DNA of 64,000 nt from an uncultured archaeon (GTDB lineage: Archaea; Asgardarchaeota; Lokiarchaeia; Sigyniarchaeales; SOKP01), in assembly GCA_964486045.1 (NCBI GenBank), contig CAZALK010000003.1:160001-224000 (forward strand), read 5' to 3'. Both the position numbers and the translations under genes were made by a program. This document shows positions 1-10,705 of the stretch, piece after piece; position 1 is the stretch's first letter, and every line of letters begins with the position of its first letter. The notes under the pieces are model-generated. The model had not been told where the DNA came from and did not search any database. It was given only the letters and a program-made list of their open reading frames with translations.

Positions 1-17
1 CTATCTTATACGCATTT

Positions 18-515
18 TTATTCAAGGGATTTATAGAAATCCTCATCAATTTCGTCGTCTAAAATTGTTCTTCTATTTTTTCGACGGAAGTATAAACCAA
101 GCAGAATCCCTACCGTTAAACCAATAATTATGGCTTCAATCATAAAAACGCTTAAATAAAATAGAATGGACATGATTGACAATCCTTGAGATATTGTGAA
201 TGATACCCACTCAAACATGGTCATTGAAATAGCGGCTAACAGCGCCCCAATGAAACCAATTACTAATCCAAGTTTAATTTCAAATTGGTGTTTTTTTCTA
301 TTAGATAACCCGAAATATACTCCAATTATAACACCAATGATCATCTGAAAATCACCAAAAAAGATTAAACCTGATGGAAAAATCAGATAGGTTATAAATG
401 CAATTAAATCAACGATAACAATACCTGAAAAAATATTCTTCTCTTTAGCTTTACCATAAAAATTAACAATATTTAGCATTTTTAACACATTGTTTGATTT
501 GAGTTTAAAGCTCAA
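18..515 (-). CDS. hypothetical membrane protein (about 4 TM)
   Basis: 165-aa ORF with several hydrophobic Gly-rich helices, directly downstream of the ABC ATPase. Confidence 0.6.
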   Translation of the reverse strand: MSFKLKSNNVLKMLNIVNFYGKAKEKNIFSGIVIVDLIAFITYLIFPSGLIFFGDFQMIIGVIIGVYFGLSNRKKHQFEIKLGLVIGFIGALLAAISMTMFEWVSFTISQGLSIMSILFYLSVFMIEAIIIGLTVGILLGLYFRRKNRRTILDDEIDEDFYKSLE

Positions 516-532
516 AAATTCTTTAAATTATG

Positions 533-1639
533 CTATTCCAATGGATAGTACAATAAATTTATTTCTGTTTTACTGTCAAAAACATGAACTCTTTCTTGTG
601 GAAAAGAAAAATAAAAAGTATCTCCCATTCTACACTCAAAAAAACCCGGTACCGAAACTATACCATTCATTCCATCCTGAAATTCAAAAGTTATCATTGT
701 TTCAGCTCCAAGAAACTCTACAACTGAAATTTCAGCCTTAAATGAATCTTGATGCTCATCAGGAATAATTTCAATGTGTTCTGGTCTAATTCCTAAGATA
801 ATATTCTCTGAATTAGCCATACCTAGTTTTTGAACCATTTTCTCAGTAATTCGATATTTTTGTTGTCCAAACGTAATTTGTTTTCCATTAGATTTATTAA
901 ATGTAGCATCAAAAAAATTCATGGAAGGTGAACCAATAAAACTTGCTACAAATTTATTAGCAGGTTTATTGTAGACCTCACTTGGAGTCCCTATTTGCTG
1001 AAATCTTCCATCAAATAGAATAGCTATACGATCAGCCATTGACATTGCTTCTACTTGATCATGAGTTACATAAACTTGAGTTATTTTTAGACTGTTTTGA
1101 AGTTTAATAAGTTCCCCCCGCATTTGAATACGGAGTTTTGCATCTAGATTACTTAAGGGTTCGTCAAAAAGAAAAACTGTAGGATTTCGCACTATACATC
1201 TACCAAGTGCCACCCGCTGTCGTTGACCTCCACTTAATTCTTTAGGTTTACGATCCAATAATTCTGAAATTCCAAGGATTTCAGCTGCTTCTTTTACCCT
1301 TCTATTTATGATAGATTTTTTAGTTTTAGCTAATTTTAGTGAGAAACTCATATTTTGTCTTACATTCATATGAGGATATAAAGCATAACTTTGAAATACC
1401 ATAGCTACTCTTCGCTCTTTAGGGGGCAAATAAGTTACGTCAATGTCATCGTATAAGACCCTACCATCTGTAACATATTCTAAGCCTGCAATGATATTTA
1501 AACAAGTGGATTTTCCACATCCAGATGGACCTACAAGAACCATGAATTCCTTATCTTTGATTTCCAAGTCAATATTTTTTAATACATGAACATCCGACCC
1601 GAATGTTTTGTTTACTTTTTCTAATTTAATATTAACCAA
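533..1639 (-). CDS. malK: sugar ABC transporter ATP-binding subunit (MalK/UgpC family)
   Basis: Walker A GPSGCGKS, VFQSYALYPHM, signature LSGGQRQR, FLFDEPLSNLD, C-terminal TOBE region with GIRPEH. Confidence 0.93.
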   Translation of the reverse strand: MVNIKLEKVNKTFGSDVHVLKNIDLEIKDKEFMVLVGPSGCGKSTCLNIIAGLEYVTDGRVLYDDIDVTYLPPKERRVAMVFQSYALYPHMNVRQNMSFSLKLAKTKKSIINRRVKEAAEILGISELLDRKPKELSGGQRQRVALGRCIVRNPTVFLFDEPLSNLDAKLRIQMRGELIKLQNSLKITQVYVTHDQVEAMSMADRIAILFDGRFQQIGTPSEVYNKPANKFVASFIGSPSMNFFDATFNKSNGKQITFGQQKYRITEKMVQKLGMANSENIILGIRPEHIEIIPDEHQDSFKAEISVVEFLGAETMITFEFQDGMNGIVSVPGFFECRMGDTFYFSFPQERVHVFDSKTEINLLYYPLE

Positions 1640-1662
1640 TTCAATAATCTCCTATAATCTAT

Positions 1663-4224
1663 TTAACCTTTAACAGCCCCTCTTGTTAGACCACTTATTA
1701 TTTTTTTTTGAAAAATTAAGACAAGAATTACCAAAGGAATTGTAGAAATGGTAGTGGCAGCCATGAGGGCAATATCAGTATCCCAGTTTGCTGTTAAACT
1801 CAACGGACTTTGGACAAACCGCAATATTGCTCGAGGAACTGTGTGATTTATGTCATTTACTAACCATATTTGTGCAAAAAGGAGTTCATTCCAAGAAGCA
1901 ATGAACACTAAAATTGCAACAGTGAAAATTCCAGGGATAGTTAATGGCAGAATAATTTTACGAAAGATTTGAAAATTTGAAGCTCCATCAACTTTGGCAG
2001 CCTTCCATAGATCCTCAGGTATCTCTCTGAAGAAAGCCTGTAATACAAAAACTGCTAAAGGTAAATTAAGAGCAGAATAAGGAAATACAAGACCAAATAT
2101 ATTATCACGAAGATCAAAAAGATCTGATGACGCAGAACGCATGAAGATAAAGAAGCTTATGCAAATTATGAGAATAATGCTTATAGAGGCAATTAAATGT
2201 TTCTTTTTATATTTATTAGTTTGTAAATAGAGTCCTATGGCTAGTCCAACGAAGACCATTCCTAGTACTAAAATTATATTACTCGTTATAACTCTATTTT
2301 CCAAAAGAAAATCTGAAGTTGTTGCTGTTTGGATGAAAAATGGGATGATTATTATTAAAGGAGGGAGACTTGTCATAGTGAATATAAAGCCGTTAATCCA
2401 AAATTTGCCAGAAAAATCAAATTTCGCTAAGGCGTAGGCAATTAAGGAGCCTATAATCAATACAACCACGACTGTTAACCCAGAAAGGATGAAACCGTTA
2501 AGAAGTGCTCGACCAAAACTCACTCCGGTAAATTCTGAAGTTTCAAACACAACTTGGAAAGCTCCAACTGAAGTTAAATCCGAATTTAACCATCCATATA
2601 GAACTATACCAAAAAGACATATGAAAAACACCAAACCTATGATTAGCACTAATCGTAGTATAAGATGAACCAAGACTAAATTTGATTGCGAATGCTCCTC
2701 TGAATTAATTTCAGATTCCGTAAAGGAGGTTAAATCTGAATCAAGTTTATTTACACTATCGTTGTATGATAGTTCTTTTGGGACAAATTTCTTTTCTTTA
2801 AGTTTAGTCCGCTTTATTCTTCGTTTCTTGATCTTTTTAATTCCACCTTTTAAGAATTTTGTAACGATAAAAAAAAGTGATACGATAAAAAGAAAAAGAG
2901 TAATTGCTACTATGAGATTTCTATACTCAAATGTTGTTTGTGGAATGAATGGATCATTAAATGAACGTATTACAATCCAGATAAAGGGAGCTGCGCAAAA
3001 AAGACACATGAAAATTACTGAAACTGCGAATAATCCTTTTTTAAGGATTAATTTAATGCGTATTAGTTTTATTTTTGATTCTGAAAACTCCTTCAACCTA
3101 ACTTTTGAATCAGGAATAGAATCCAAATCCTGATCATATTCAATTTCGATACTGTTAGAGGATAATTCTGTAAACTCTTCTTTTTTTTTTATAAAAGGTT
3201 TAAGTTTTCGTTTCCTCGTAGTTTCTTTTTCCCTATTTGAAAATTTTAAGATAAGTAAAGCAAATCCTATAATAAAGAGAAATAGCATTATGGCTACAAC
3301 CGAAGCTAGGCCATAGTCTTGAGCACTTAACCAAAAATTAACGGCATGCCAAGTCATAGATCTCACTTCTTTATCACGAAATACTATAATAGCATCATAA
3401 ACCCTTAGAGCGTCCATCATTCTAAAAACAAGAGCGACTCCCACTCCAGGTTTTATCAAAGGCCAAGTTATGTATCTAAATTTCTGCCAACTATTTGCAC
3501 CTGCAATATCCGCTGCTTTATCTAAATCCTCTGGAACAATCTGTAACACAGCTAGTATTAATAATGTGAGAAATGGGGTTGTTTTCCACACATCAATAGC
3601 AATAGCTGTGAACATTGTACCTGTAATGTCAATTTCTGTAATGAAAGGCTCATAAGGAACTAAAGTAGGTAATTTAAATAAAACTTCAGCATCAGGGCCA
3701 AAAAATGCAACTGGTCGAAGAGAAAGTAATTCTAAAAAATTGTTTAACAATCCAAATTGATCGATTGGTGCAAATATTTCATAACGAAATATAGTTGCTG
3801 AGGCAATAGTTGGAAGTGCCCAAGGAATCAGTATTGTTGCCCGAGCTAATCCACGACCTCGAAATTTTTTATTTAAAAGTTTAGCAAACATTAATCCTAA
3901 AGTAAACTCAATAATTAATGACACACTCGCAAAAAAGAGAGTTTGATAAGTATATTGCCAAAAATCGCGTGTTCTAACACCCCCATGAAATAGAACCCAA
4001 TAAAAATTGTCTATAGTGAATCTATCTCCAAAATAACCCGTAACGCCTGTACTATTCCTAAAGCTAACAATTATTCCGATTATAATTGGAAACAATATTA
4101 TTAAAATAAAAATGAATATGGCTGGTGTAATTAAAGAAATAAGGAATGTTTTGTTACTGGGAGGTTTTTCTCTTACTCCTAATGACATTTCGAATGTTGT
4201 ATCTTCAAGCAAAGGAGTACTCAA
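1663..4224 (-). CDS. fused sugar ABC transporter permease (MalF-like + MalG-like) with an internal duplication
   Basis: two EAA-type loops (PEDLDKAADIAGA; PEDLWKAAKVDGA) and a MalG-like end GLTRGAVKG; 853 aa. Confidence 0.9.
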   Translation of the reverse strand: MSTPLLEDTTFEMSLGVREKPPSNKTFLISLITPAIFIFILIILFPIIIGIIVSFRNSTGVTGYFGDRFTIDNFYWVLFHGGVRTRDFWQYTYQTLFFASVSLIIEFTLGLMFAKLLNKKFRGRGLARATILIPWALPTIASATIFRYEIFAPIDQFGLLNNFLELLSLRPVAFFGPDAEVLFKLPTLVPYEPFITEIDITGTMFTAIAIDVWKTTPFLTLLILAVLQIVPEDLDKAADIAGANSWQKFRYITWPLIKPGVGVALVFRMMDALRVYDAIIVFRDKEVRSMTWHAVNFWLSAQDYGLASVVAIMLFLFIIGFALLILKFSNREKETTRKRKLKPFIKKKEEFTELSSNSIEIEYDQDLDSIPDSKVRLKEFSESKIKLIRIKLILKKGLFAVSVIFMCLFCAAPFIWIVIRSFNDPFIPQTTFEYRNLIVAITLFLFIVSLFFIVTKFLKGGIKKIKKRRIKRTKLKEKKFVPKELSYNDSVNKLDSDLTSFTESEINSEEHSQSNLVLVHLILRLVLIIGLVFFICLFGIVLYGWLNSDLTSVGAFQVVFETSEFTGVSFGRALLNGFILSGLTVVVVLIIGSLIAYALAKFDFSGKFWINGFIFTMTSLPPLIIIIPFFIQTATTSDFLLENRVITSNIILVLGMVFVGLAIGLYLQTNKYKKKHLIASISIILIICISFFIFMRSASSDLFDLRDNIFGLVFPYSALNLPLAVFVLQAFFREIPEDLWKAAKVDGASNFQIFRKIILPLTIPGIFTVAILVFIASWNELLFAQIWLVNDINHTVPRAILRFVQSPLSLTANWDTDIALMAATTISTIPLVILVLIFQKKIISGLTRGAVKG

Positions 4225-4306
4225 ATTTTGACCTCTCCAATTATAGTTAATAACTTCATAAAAATTAAAAAAAAAAAATTAGTTTAATTAAATTTCTTAT
4301 AGTTTA

Positions 4307-5746
4307 TTATTTATTTCTTCTCCTCATATAAACAGCAATAATTGCTATCATTGACACAGCAGCTAAACCTATAATGGTTAATTCAAATCCAGGAATAGGT
4401 GCTCCAGGTAAACCTGATAGTAATTCTGTTACATCTGTGTCCATTTGTGCAAGAGCATCTGCAACTTCTTTGTTACAACTCAATAAATCGCTAAAATAGT
4501 CAGCAATAATGGTTGAAGCTTCCGAGTATTTTGGATGAACTGGTCTTGCGAGAGTTCTATCTAACTGAGCTGACCAATCTCCTATCCATGAAAAGCCTGG
4601 AGGTGGAGAAGTGTAAACAGATTTCAGAGCTGGAAAGTTAGAAATATTTGTAAGTTCAAATTCTTGAGCTAGTGTATCACCAAGGAATCTTATTAGATTT
4701 AATGCTTCAGGCTTATTACTACTATATTCTGATATTGCTAAAACAGCACCACCTACTGCAGAAGATTTCTCATCTACTGCTCCAGTAAAAGTTGGAAGAG
4801 CAGCAACTCCAAAATCCATACCATTGTCTACTGATAATCCATAAGCAAAAGTCCATTGCCGCATGAAAATAGAATTATTCCCTAGCCACCTTCCTACAGA
4901 GGATCCTTCATCATCAACTATTCCAGTACGTGGAATTATGAAGTCAGTGCCTTGAACGCCTGTATATTGAGGTGGGACCAGTGCTTTAATGAAATCCATT
5001 GCCTCTGCAACATCAGGAGTATCAATATTCACGGCTCCTGTACTAGTAACTAAATCTGTGACTCCATTACTCCCCGCCCATTCAAAGAAATTAACAACAC
5101 CACCCTCATATGCATCCAGTTGACCAACATATCCAACTAAATCTGCGTTAACGAGATTGCCACTGACGTTATTTAGAATATAATTTGCGGTCGCATTTAA
5201 TTCTGCCCATGTATCAAAATCTGCTGGTGTAAAACCTTCGGACGTAATTAAATCATTTCTATAGAATAAAATACCTAAATTCATAAAATATGGATAAGCC
5301 CATATCTTACCCTTGTAAGTACCTGAGTCTACCATACCAGATACATAATCATCCATTTCATTAGCATCTAAAAGCGGGGTGAGATCTACGATCCATCCAT
5401 TTTCTGCAAATTGAGCTGGCCAAATAGTATCCAAACCAATGACATCGAATTCAGTATCTTGTGCCTCCATAAGTGCAACTGTATATGCTAGCTGGTCATT
5501 AGATCTAGTTCCTGAGGCTACTACATCTACACTAGTAACTCCAGTACCTAATGTATCATTTAAAAAATCAGCAATAACACCATCAACTCCTGGCTTTTGC
5601 TGGTCAGAAACGATGATTTTTAAAGTTACTTGAGCTGGAACGGGTTTAGTGTTTGCTTTAATCGGCATTACAGCAACTGATGCTGTAAGAAGAAATAAAA
5701 ATGCTACCAGTAAAATAAATGCCTTAGAATTAATATTTTTCTTCAT
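4307..5746 (-). CDS. sugar (trehalose/maltose-type) ABC substrate-binding protein with C-terminal IPGF-TM-basic anchor
   Basis: signal peptide; DTIWPAQFAENGW, LYYR-like LFYRND and YEG motifs; ends PIPGFEL-TM-RRRNK. Confidence 0.9.
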   Translation of the reverse strand: MKKNINSKAFILLVAFLFLLTASVAVMPIKANTKPVPAQVTLKIIVSDQQKPGVDGVIADFLNDTLGTGVTSVDVVASGTRSNDQLAYTVALMEAQDTEFDVIGLDTIWPAQFAENGWIVDLTPLLDANEMDDYVSGMVDSGTYKGKIWAYPYFMNLGILFYRNDLITSEGFTPADFDTWAELNATANYILNNVSGNLVNADLVGYVGQLDAYEGGVVNFFEWAGSNGVTDLVTSTGAVNIDTPDVAEAMDFIKALVPPQYTGVQGTDFIIPRTGIVDDEGSSVGRWLGNNSIFMRQWTFAYGLSVDNGMDFGVAALPTFTGAVDEKSSAVGGAVLAISEYSSNKPEALNLIRFLGDTLAQEFELTNISNFPALKSVYTSPPPGFSWIGDWSAQLDRTLARPVHPKYSEASTIIADYFSDLLSCNKEVADALAQMDTDVTELLSGLPGAPIPGFELTIIGLAAVSMIAIIAVYMRRRNK

Positions 5747-5972
5747 ATTTTTTAGATCACTTTTTTTCGTTTTTTGGATAAATTTTCACCTTTCGCTAAT
5801 AATGTAAAATATTGTCGAAAAGTAAACAAAATATATGATATTTTTGTATTTAAATATTTGCCACAAATGTTAAAAGTGCTCTAATAAAATAATTAAATAT
5901 TTGCATCATAAATTAATGACATAAGTTATAAAATAAAATTCTATGAAAAATCTAATGTAGTTGGGTTAATTA

Positions 5973-7193
5973 ATGGAAAATAATAGCACACCTATTTTAA
6001 AAGCATACCAAGCTTTAGTTGGGAAAGATCAAATAAGCCTTTTACTTAAAAAAGCAAAAAAATTTGAAAATAATAGAATTCTCCATGTGAATGCCACTAA
6101 GTTCGGAGGAGGTGTAGCTGAAATTCTAACTAATATGATACCTCTAATGCGAGAGCTGAAGTTAAATGCAGAATGGAAAATTTTCACTGCACCGGACAGT
6201 TTTTTTGAGATATCAAAGAAAATGCATAACGCCTTACAAGGGAATATGGAAATTCACTTTTCAAATGAAGAAATTTCAGATTTTCTTTCGCAAGCAGAAT
6301 CTACATACAATCAAATCCAGCCTAAGGGAGATTTTATAATCATACATGATCCACAACCATGCCCTGTGATAAAGTGGGAAGAGAAGAGAAAAGGAAAATG
6401 GATTTGGAGATGTCATATAGACACTAAGAATCCCAATCCTCAAGCTTGGAATTTAATTTCAAAATATCTTCCTCTGTATGATGCCCTTGTTTTTACAAAA
6501 AGGGAGTATGTACAAGATGGGACTCAAAACTTAATATTTCCGATTACCCCCTCAATAGATCCATTTTCTGAGAAAAATAGGGATCTTGGAGATGAATTTG
6601 CAAAAGAAATCATTGAAAAATTTGTTCCCTTAGATAAACCTCTTATTACTCAAGTATCTAGGTTTGATCCTTGGAAGGATCCCTTAGGAGTAATTGATGT
6701 ATATAGGATAGTTAAAGAAACAATCCCGGTTAGATTAGTTTTAATTGGGAGTTTAGCTCACGATGATCCAGAGGGAGAGGAATGGTTAGAAAAAGTAAAA
6801 AATCATGCGAATGGTGATCCTGATATATTTATTTTCACTAATTTAGATGGTGTAGCGGATTTAGAAGTGAATGCATTTCAGCGAATATCTGATATAATCA
6901 TGCAAAAATCAATTAAAGAAGGTTTTGGGATGACAGTCACAGAAGCACTTTGGAAAAAAACTCCAGTTATCGGTGGTAATGTTGGAGGGATAAAATTACA
7001 AATTGAGGACGGAATAAGTGGATATTTAGTTAATTCGGTGGAAGAGGCGGCTGAGAAGGTATTATATTTATTAAAAAATCCAAAAATTTCAAGAGAGATG
7101 GGAAAAAAAGGTCATGAAAAAGTAAAAAGTGAGTTTCTCTTAATTAAACATGTGGAAAATTACTTAGATTTATTTTCAGTTTTATCAAAATAA
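5973..7193 (+). CDS. treT: trehalose glycosyltransferring synthase (GT4)
   Basis: HVNATKFGGGVAEIL, IHDPQP, WIWRCHID, RFDPWKD and EGFGMTVTEALWK motifs; divergent from the sugar ABC operon. Confidence 0.85.
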   Translation: MENNSTPILKAYQALVGKDQISLLLKKAKKFENNRILHVNATKFGGGVAEILTNMIPLMRELKLNAEWKIFTAPDSFFEISKKMHNALQGNMEIHFSNEEISDFLSQAESTYNQIQPKGDFIIIHDPQPCPVIKWEEKRKGKWIWRCHIDTKNPNPQAWNLISKYLPLYDALVFTKREYVQDGTQNLIFPITPSIDPFSEKNRDLGDEFAKEIIEKFVPLDKPLITQVSRFDPWKDPLGVIDVYRIVKETIPVRLVLIGSLAHDDPEGEEWLEKVKNHANGDPDIFIFTNLDGVADLEVNAFQRISDIIMQKSIKEGFGMTVTEALWKKTPVIGGNVGGIKLQIEDGISGYLVNSVEEAAEKVLYLLKNPKISREMGKKGHEKVKSEFLLIKHVENYLDLFSVLSK

Positions 7194-7236
7194 AGTGACA
7201 AATATAAGAGAAGTTAAAAAAAAGAAGCAATTTTTT

Positions 7237-8592
7237 TTATAAACTGGTACCATCAACTTCGATGCTACCAGTTCTTATCGTCAAGTTTAAAGTATAGGTA
7301 CTTGTTGCTGTTGCATAATCAAGAGAAAAGAATGGATTGAAATTTGTAGCAGAAAAACCACCTCCACTACTAGTGCGTATATAACTCCCTGTTGACCAGT
7401 TCCCAAAAAAACTGGCACCAACACTTGCTTGATTATCTTTATAGATAACAGCAATACTCCCTGTAGATGTTGATAAAGATCCTGACACATTAACACCCAT
7501 ATCAACATTTTGATAAATTTCTGTATCAATGCTCCCTGTTGATGTCTCGAAATTCCAAACACTATTTTGAGAGTATGTCATGTTATAACTCCTCAAAATT
7601 ATGTTTCCAGTTGAAACTTTCCCCGATATATTGTTTCCTATTATACAATTAGTAAAATTAAATATCAATGATCCTTCTGATGTAGTTGCTGATAGACCTT
7701 GGGTTAGATTAGTATTCTTAGCAAACATTGCTATAGTTCCTGTTCTTGCAATCATTCTTACGTTACCATTGAAGGTTACATTTTTATCTGCTAGTATTGA
7801 TACTGAACCAGTTGATGTCTTTAGGATAATATTATTAATTACAATGTAATTTGGGATATTCAAGCTAACTGACCCTGTGCCACTTAGTGTATCAATGTCA
7901 TAAATAACATCCGTTCTAAGTGTTACTTCAATTATTATGTTTTGAGAAAGGAGAAAAAGAGAACTCGTTGGCTTTTTCTCAAGTTCAAATGTTACTACAG
8001 GAACGCTATTAATTAGAGGAGAACTATTATATGGTATTCGTTTGAAAAAATCATTAAATGATTTACCCTCAATAAAACCACCGCTAATTTTAACATATAA
8101 ATCTAATTTCACATAATAATCGGTTGGCGTTGTATTGTAATTTACTATTATACTTCCTACATCACTGTTAAAGCTAACTTTTTCTACAGGTGTAGGAGCA
8201 CTGGATTCAAAATAATAGGTATCTGAATATTCAAATTCACCCCAAGTTGTAGCCACCACCATCCCAAAATTCACTCCTCCAGTCATGATAAGAGCAGAAA
8301 TTATAAAAAGAATTACTTTTAGGTTTTTTCTCATTTTTACCTTTTTTATTAAGACAAACCAAGTCATATCTGCAACTAAAATAAGAACGAAAGTAGATAT
8401 TGCAGTTGAAATAAAACCAAAGAACCAACCTCCTTCCACTGAATAACTAAAATTCATTCTTAAAACATTGTAAGTTATTAAAAAAGCAAAATAAAACATA
8501 AAAATGGTTATTAATATCAATCTTTTCAAAATTTTTCTATTATATCTTACAAAATCCCTAAGAAAACTTCCCCGTTCCATTAACTTCACCAT
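7237..8592 (-). CDS. membrane-anchored protein with DUF4097-like beta-strand repeats
   Basis: 3 N-terminal TM helices, then repeated T(S/R)TGS(V/I) motifs. Confidence 0.65.
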   Translation of the reverse strand: MVKLMERGSFLRDFVRYNRKILKRLILITIFMFYFAFLITYNVLRMNFSYSVEGGWFFGFISTAISTFVLILVADMTWFVLIKKVKMRKNLKVILFIISALIMTGGVNFGMVVATTWGEFEYSDTYYFESSAPTPVEKVSFNSDVGSIIVNYNTTPTDYYVKLDLYVKISGGFIEGKSFNDFFKRIPYNSSPLINSVPVVTFELEKKPTSSLFLLSQNIIIEVTLRTDVIYDIDTLSGTGSVSLNIPNYIVINNIILKTSTGSVSILADKNVTFNGNVRMIARTGTIAMFAKNTNLTQGLSATTSEGSLIFNFTNCIIGNNISGKVSTGNIILRSYNMTYSQNSVWNFETSTGSIDTEIYQNVDMGVNVSGSLSTSTGSIAVIYKDNQASVGASFFGNWSTGSYIRTSSGGGFSATNFNPFFSLDYATATSTYTLNLTIRTGSIEVDGTSL

Positions 8593-8746
8593 TTTTGCTA
8601 ATTTTGCAGATTTTTACAAATTTATATAAAAACCTCGATTAACTAATAATTTATTATTCTAGTGTTTATAAAAATTATTCTTGAAAATTATAGATTATTG
8701 CATTAATATATTAGAAGTTTATATTGCTAAAGAAAAATAAAAAGGT

Positions 8747-9250
8747 ATGTTCTATACTATTGCTGAGGATTTGATATTTTATCAATTATTATCCTTTCAT
8801 AGAAAATATACCAATTTCGAAATAAAACTTCATAATTATTTTCATGCTAAAACAGGGGGAATCTATCCAGAATTCATTATTATTCTAAAACAATTTATTT
8901 TCTTTTTTGTAAAGAATAAACACTACTTCGCTTCTAAGCTTCATTTAGATTCAATGAGGAGAGGAATGAAAAGTAAAAAATTAATTATTATCAGAACTGA
9001 AAATGTATTAATTAATTTGCTATTTAGCTTATTCCCTGATTTATACATCCACGATATTATATTGGAAGCAAATGACACCTCAAACCATAGAGAAATCTCA
9101 ATACATTTTTTAACATTTAAAGAAAGGGGAATAGCAATCGGAAGAGGAGGTGAGTATATTAAATGTGTAAATGAGTTATTTAAACACTTTATTAGGTTTA
9201 GCATTAAAGAAGAACCAATGGAAATAAAATGTAAAAATTTATGTGAATAA
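8747..9250 (+). CDS. archaeal NusA-like KH-domain protein
   Basis: KH loop GIAIGRGGEYIK; the preceding region resembles a degenerate first KH domain. Confidence 0.55.
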   Translation: MFYTIAEDLIFYQLLSFHRKYTNFEIKLHNYFHAKTGGIYPEFIIILKQFIFFFVKNKHYFASKLHLDSMRRGMKSKKLIIIRTENVLINLLFSLFPDLYIHDIILEANDTSNHREISIHFLTFKERGIAIGRGGEYIKCVNELFKHFIRFSIKEEPMEIKCKNLCE

Positions 9251-9286
9251 ATCTAGAAACCAGTAGGAAAGATTTATCGATATTCA

Positions 9287-10525
9287 TTAATACAATGCTA
9301 AAATAACATCCTTAAGCTGATCAACAGTGGTATAATGATTTTTACCACCTGTTCTTAAATAGTCCATGGCATTTTCAATACCTTTGATACTGAGATGAAA
9401 GGTTGGAATAATCTTCGAGATTTTTAATTTAGTCCACGACATCCATTCAGGCCGGACTGGTTCAGGATTTATCCAAATAATATTTTTTTTAAAATGACTG
9501 GCAATTTCACTAATATAATAGATTCCTGACTTCTTGTTGCTTGCATCATCATATATAGCTCCATGTGGATTTACTAACTCACTTCGATACATAGTTTGAT
9601 CTCCCACAATTATAACTCTATAAGAATCATCATATTTTTTAAGGAAATCATCGAAGTCAATCGCTCGATCTGTATTTCTTTTAGCATCATGATATAAATA
9701 ATTATAAATACAATTGTGAAAGTAAAAATACTTGAAAACTTTCCAATGAGATATATTGTTCGCTGCTGAGAATAATAGATTTACTTGATAAATATATGGG
9801 TCCATCGTTCCACCAACGTCCATTAAAAGTAATAGCTTTACATTGTTTTTTTTCCTTTTACTGAAAAATAGCTCAATATCCCCACCATTTCTACCAGTTT
9901 CGTCAATAGTCTTCTTAAGATCTAATTCATCCTTTTTGCCAATTTCATCTAACCTCTTAAGTCTTTTCAACGCAATCTTTATTTGTCGTGTATCCATAAC
10001 TAAATCTTTCCTGTAATCTTGGAACATTCTTTTTTGGGCAATTTTTACTGCACTTTGCATTCCACCTTCACCTGCTATTCTAATACCCATTAAATTTTGA
10101 CCCATATTACCAAAGTTTGATTGACCAAGTGTACCTATCCATTGATCTCCAAAATTATGTTCCTCATCTTGCTCTTGAAGTAATTTTCTGAATTGTTCCT
10201 CTAATTCTTCTAAACTCATATTTGGAAACAATTTTTCAAAAACCGCGGGTAGTTGGAGAATTTTAATGTTTTTATTCAACCACTCCCAAATCTCTTGTTG
10301 GATCTCTTCAGGAAATTTAATTCCTGCATCCTTGAAAAAATTCGCGAAAGCGATGTCATAAATATCGAAATGGTGCTCATTGTGGCAGAGGATAGACCTT
10401 GATACATAATAAAATTCGACCATGTTCTTTATAAGCCCCTTATTGAGAGCCTCCAGCAAAGTTAGGTATTCAGTAATACTTACGGGTAAAATTTCACGAA
10501 GGTAATAAAAATAATCCAAGAACAT
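9287..10525 (-). CDS. VWA-domain protein (CoxE-like, MoxR partner family)
   Basis: LLLLMDVGGTMDP MIDAS-like motif, YFHNCIY, IIVGD, IWINP. Confidence 0.8.
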   Translation of the reverse strand: MFLDYFYYLREILPVSITEYLTLLEALNKGLIKNMVEFYYVSRSILCHNEHHFDIYDIAFANFFKDAGIKFPEEIQQEIWEWLNKNIKILQLPAVFEKLFPNMSLEELEEQFRKLLQEQDEEHNFGDQWIGTLGQSNFGNMGQNLMGIRIAGEGGMQSAVKIAQKRMFQDYRKDLVMDTRQIKIALKRLKRLDEIGKKDELDLKKTIDETGRNGGDIELFFSKRKKNNVKLLLLMDVGGTMDPYIYQVNLLFSAANNISHWKVFKYFYFHNCIYNYLYHDAKRNTDRAIDFDDFLKKYDDSYRVIIVGDQTMYRSELVNPHGAIYDDASNKKSGIYYISEIASHFKKNIIWINPEPVRPEWMSWTKLKISKIIPTFHLSIKGIENAMDYLRTGGKNHYTTVDQLKDVILALY

Positions 10526-10705
10526 AGAAAATGAAAGTTAGGGTGGGAATTTTAGTTTTTCTATTTTACTTACATAATTAAAATTTAATATATTCTTTTC
10601 TACTTTTTTCTTTTTGAGCATGAATAAAACACCGTTTTAATGAACAACTCATAAAACGCAATATGTAGTAGAAACGTAGGTAATATTTAAAATTTACATA
10701 GGTCT

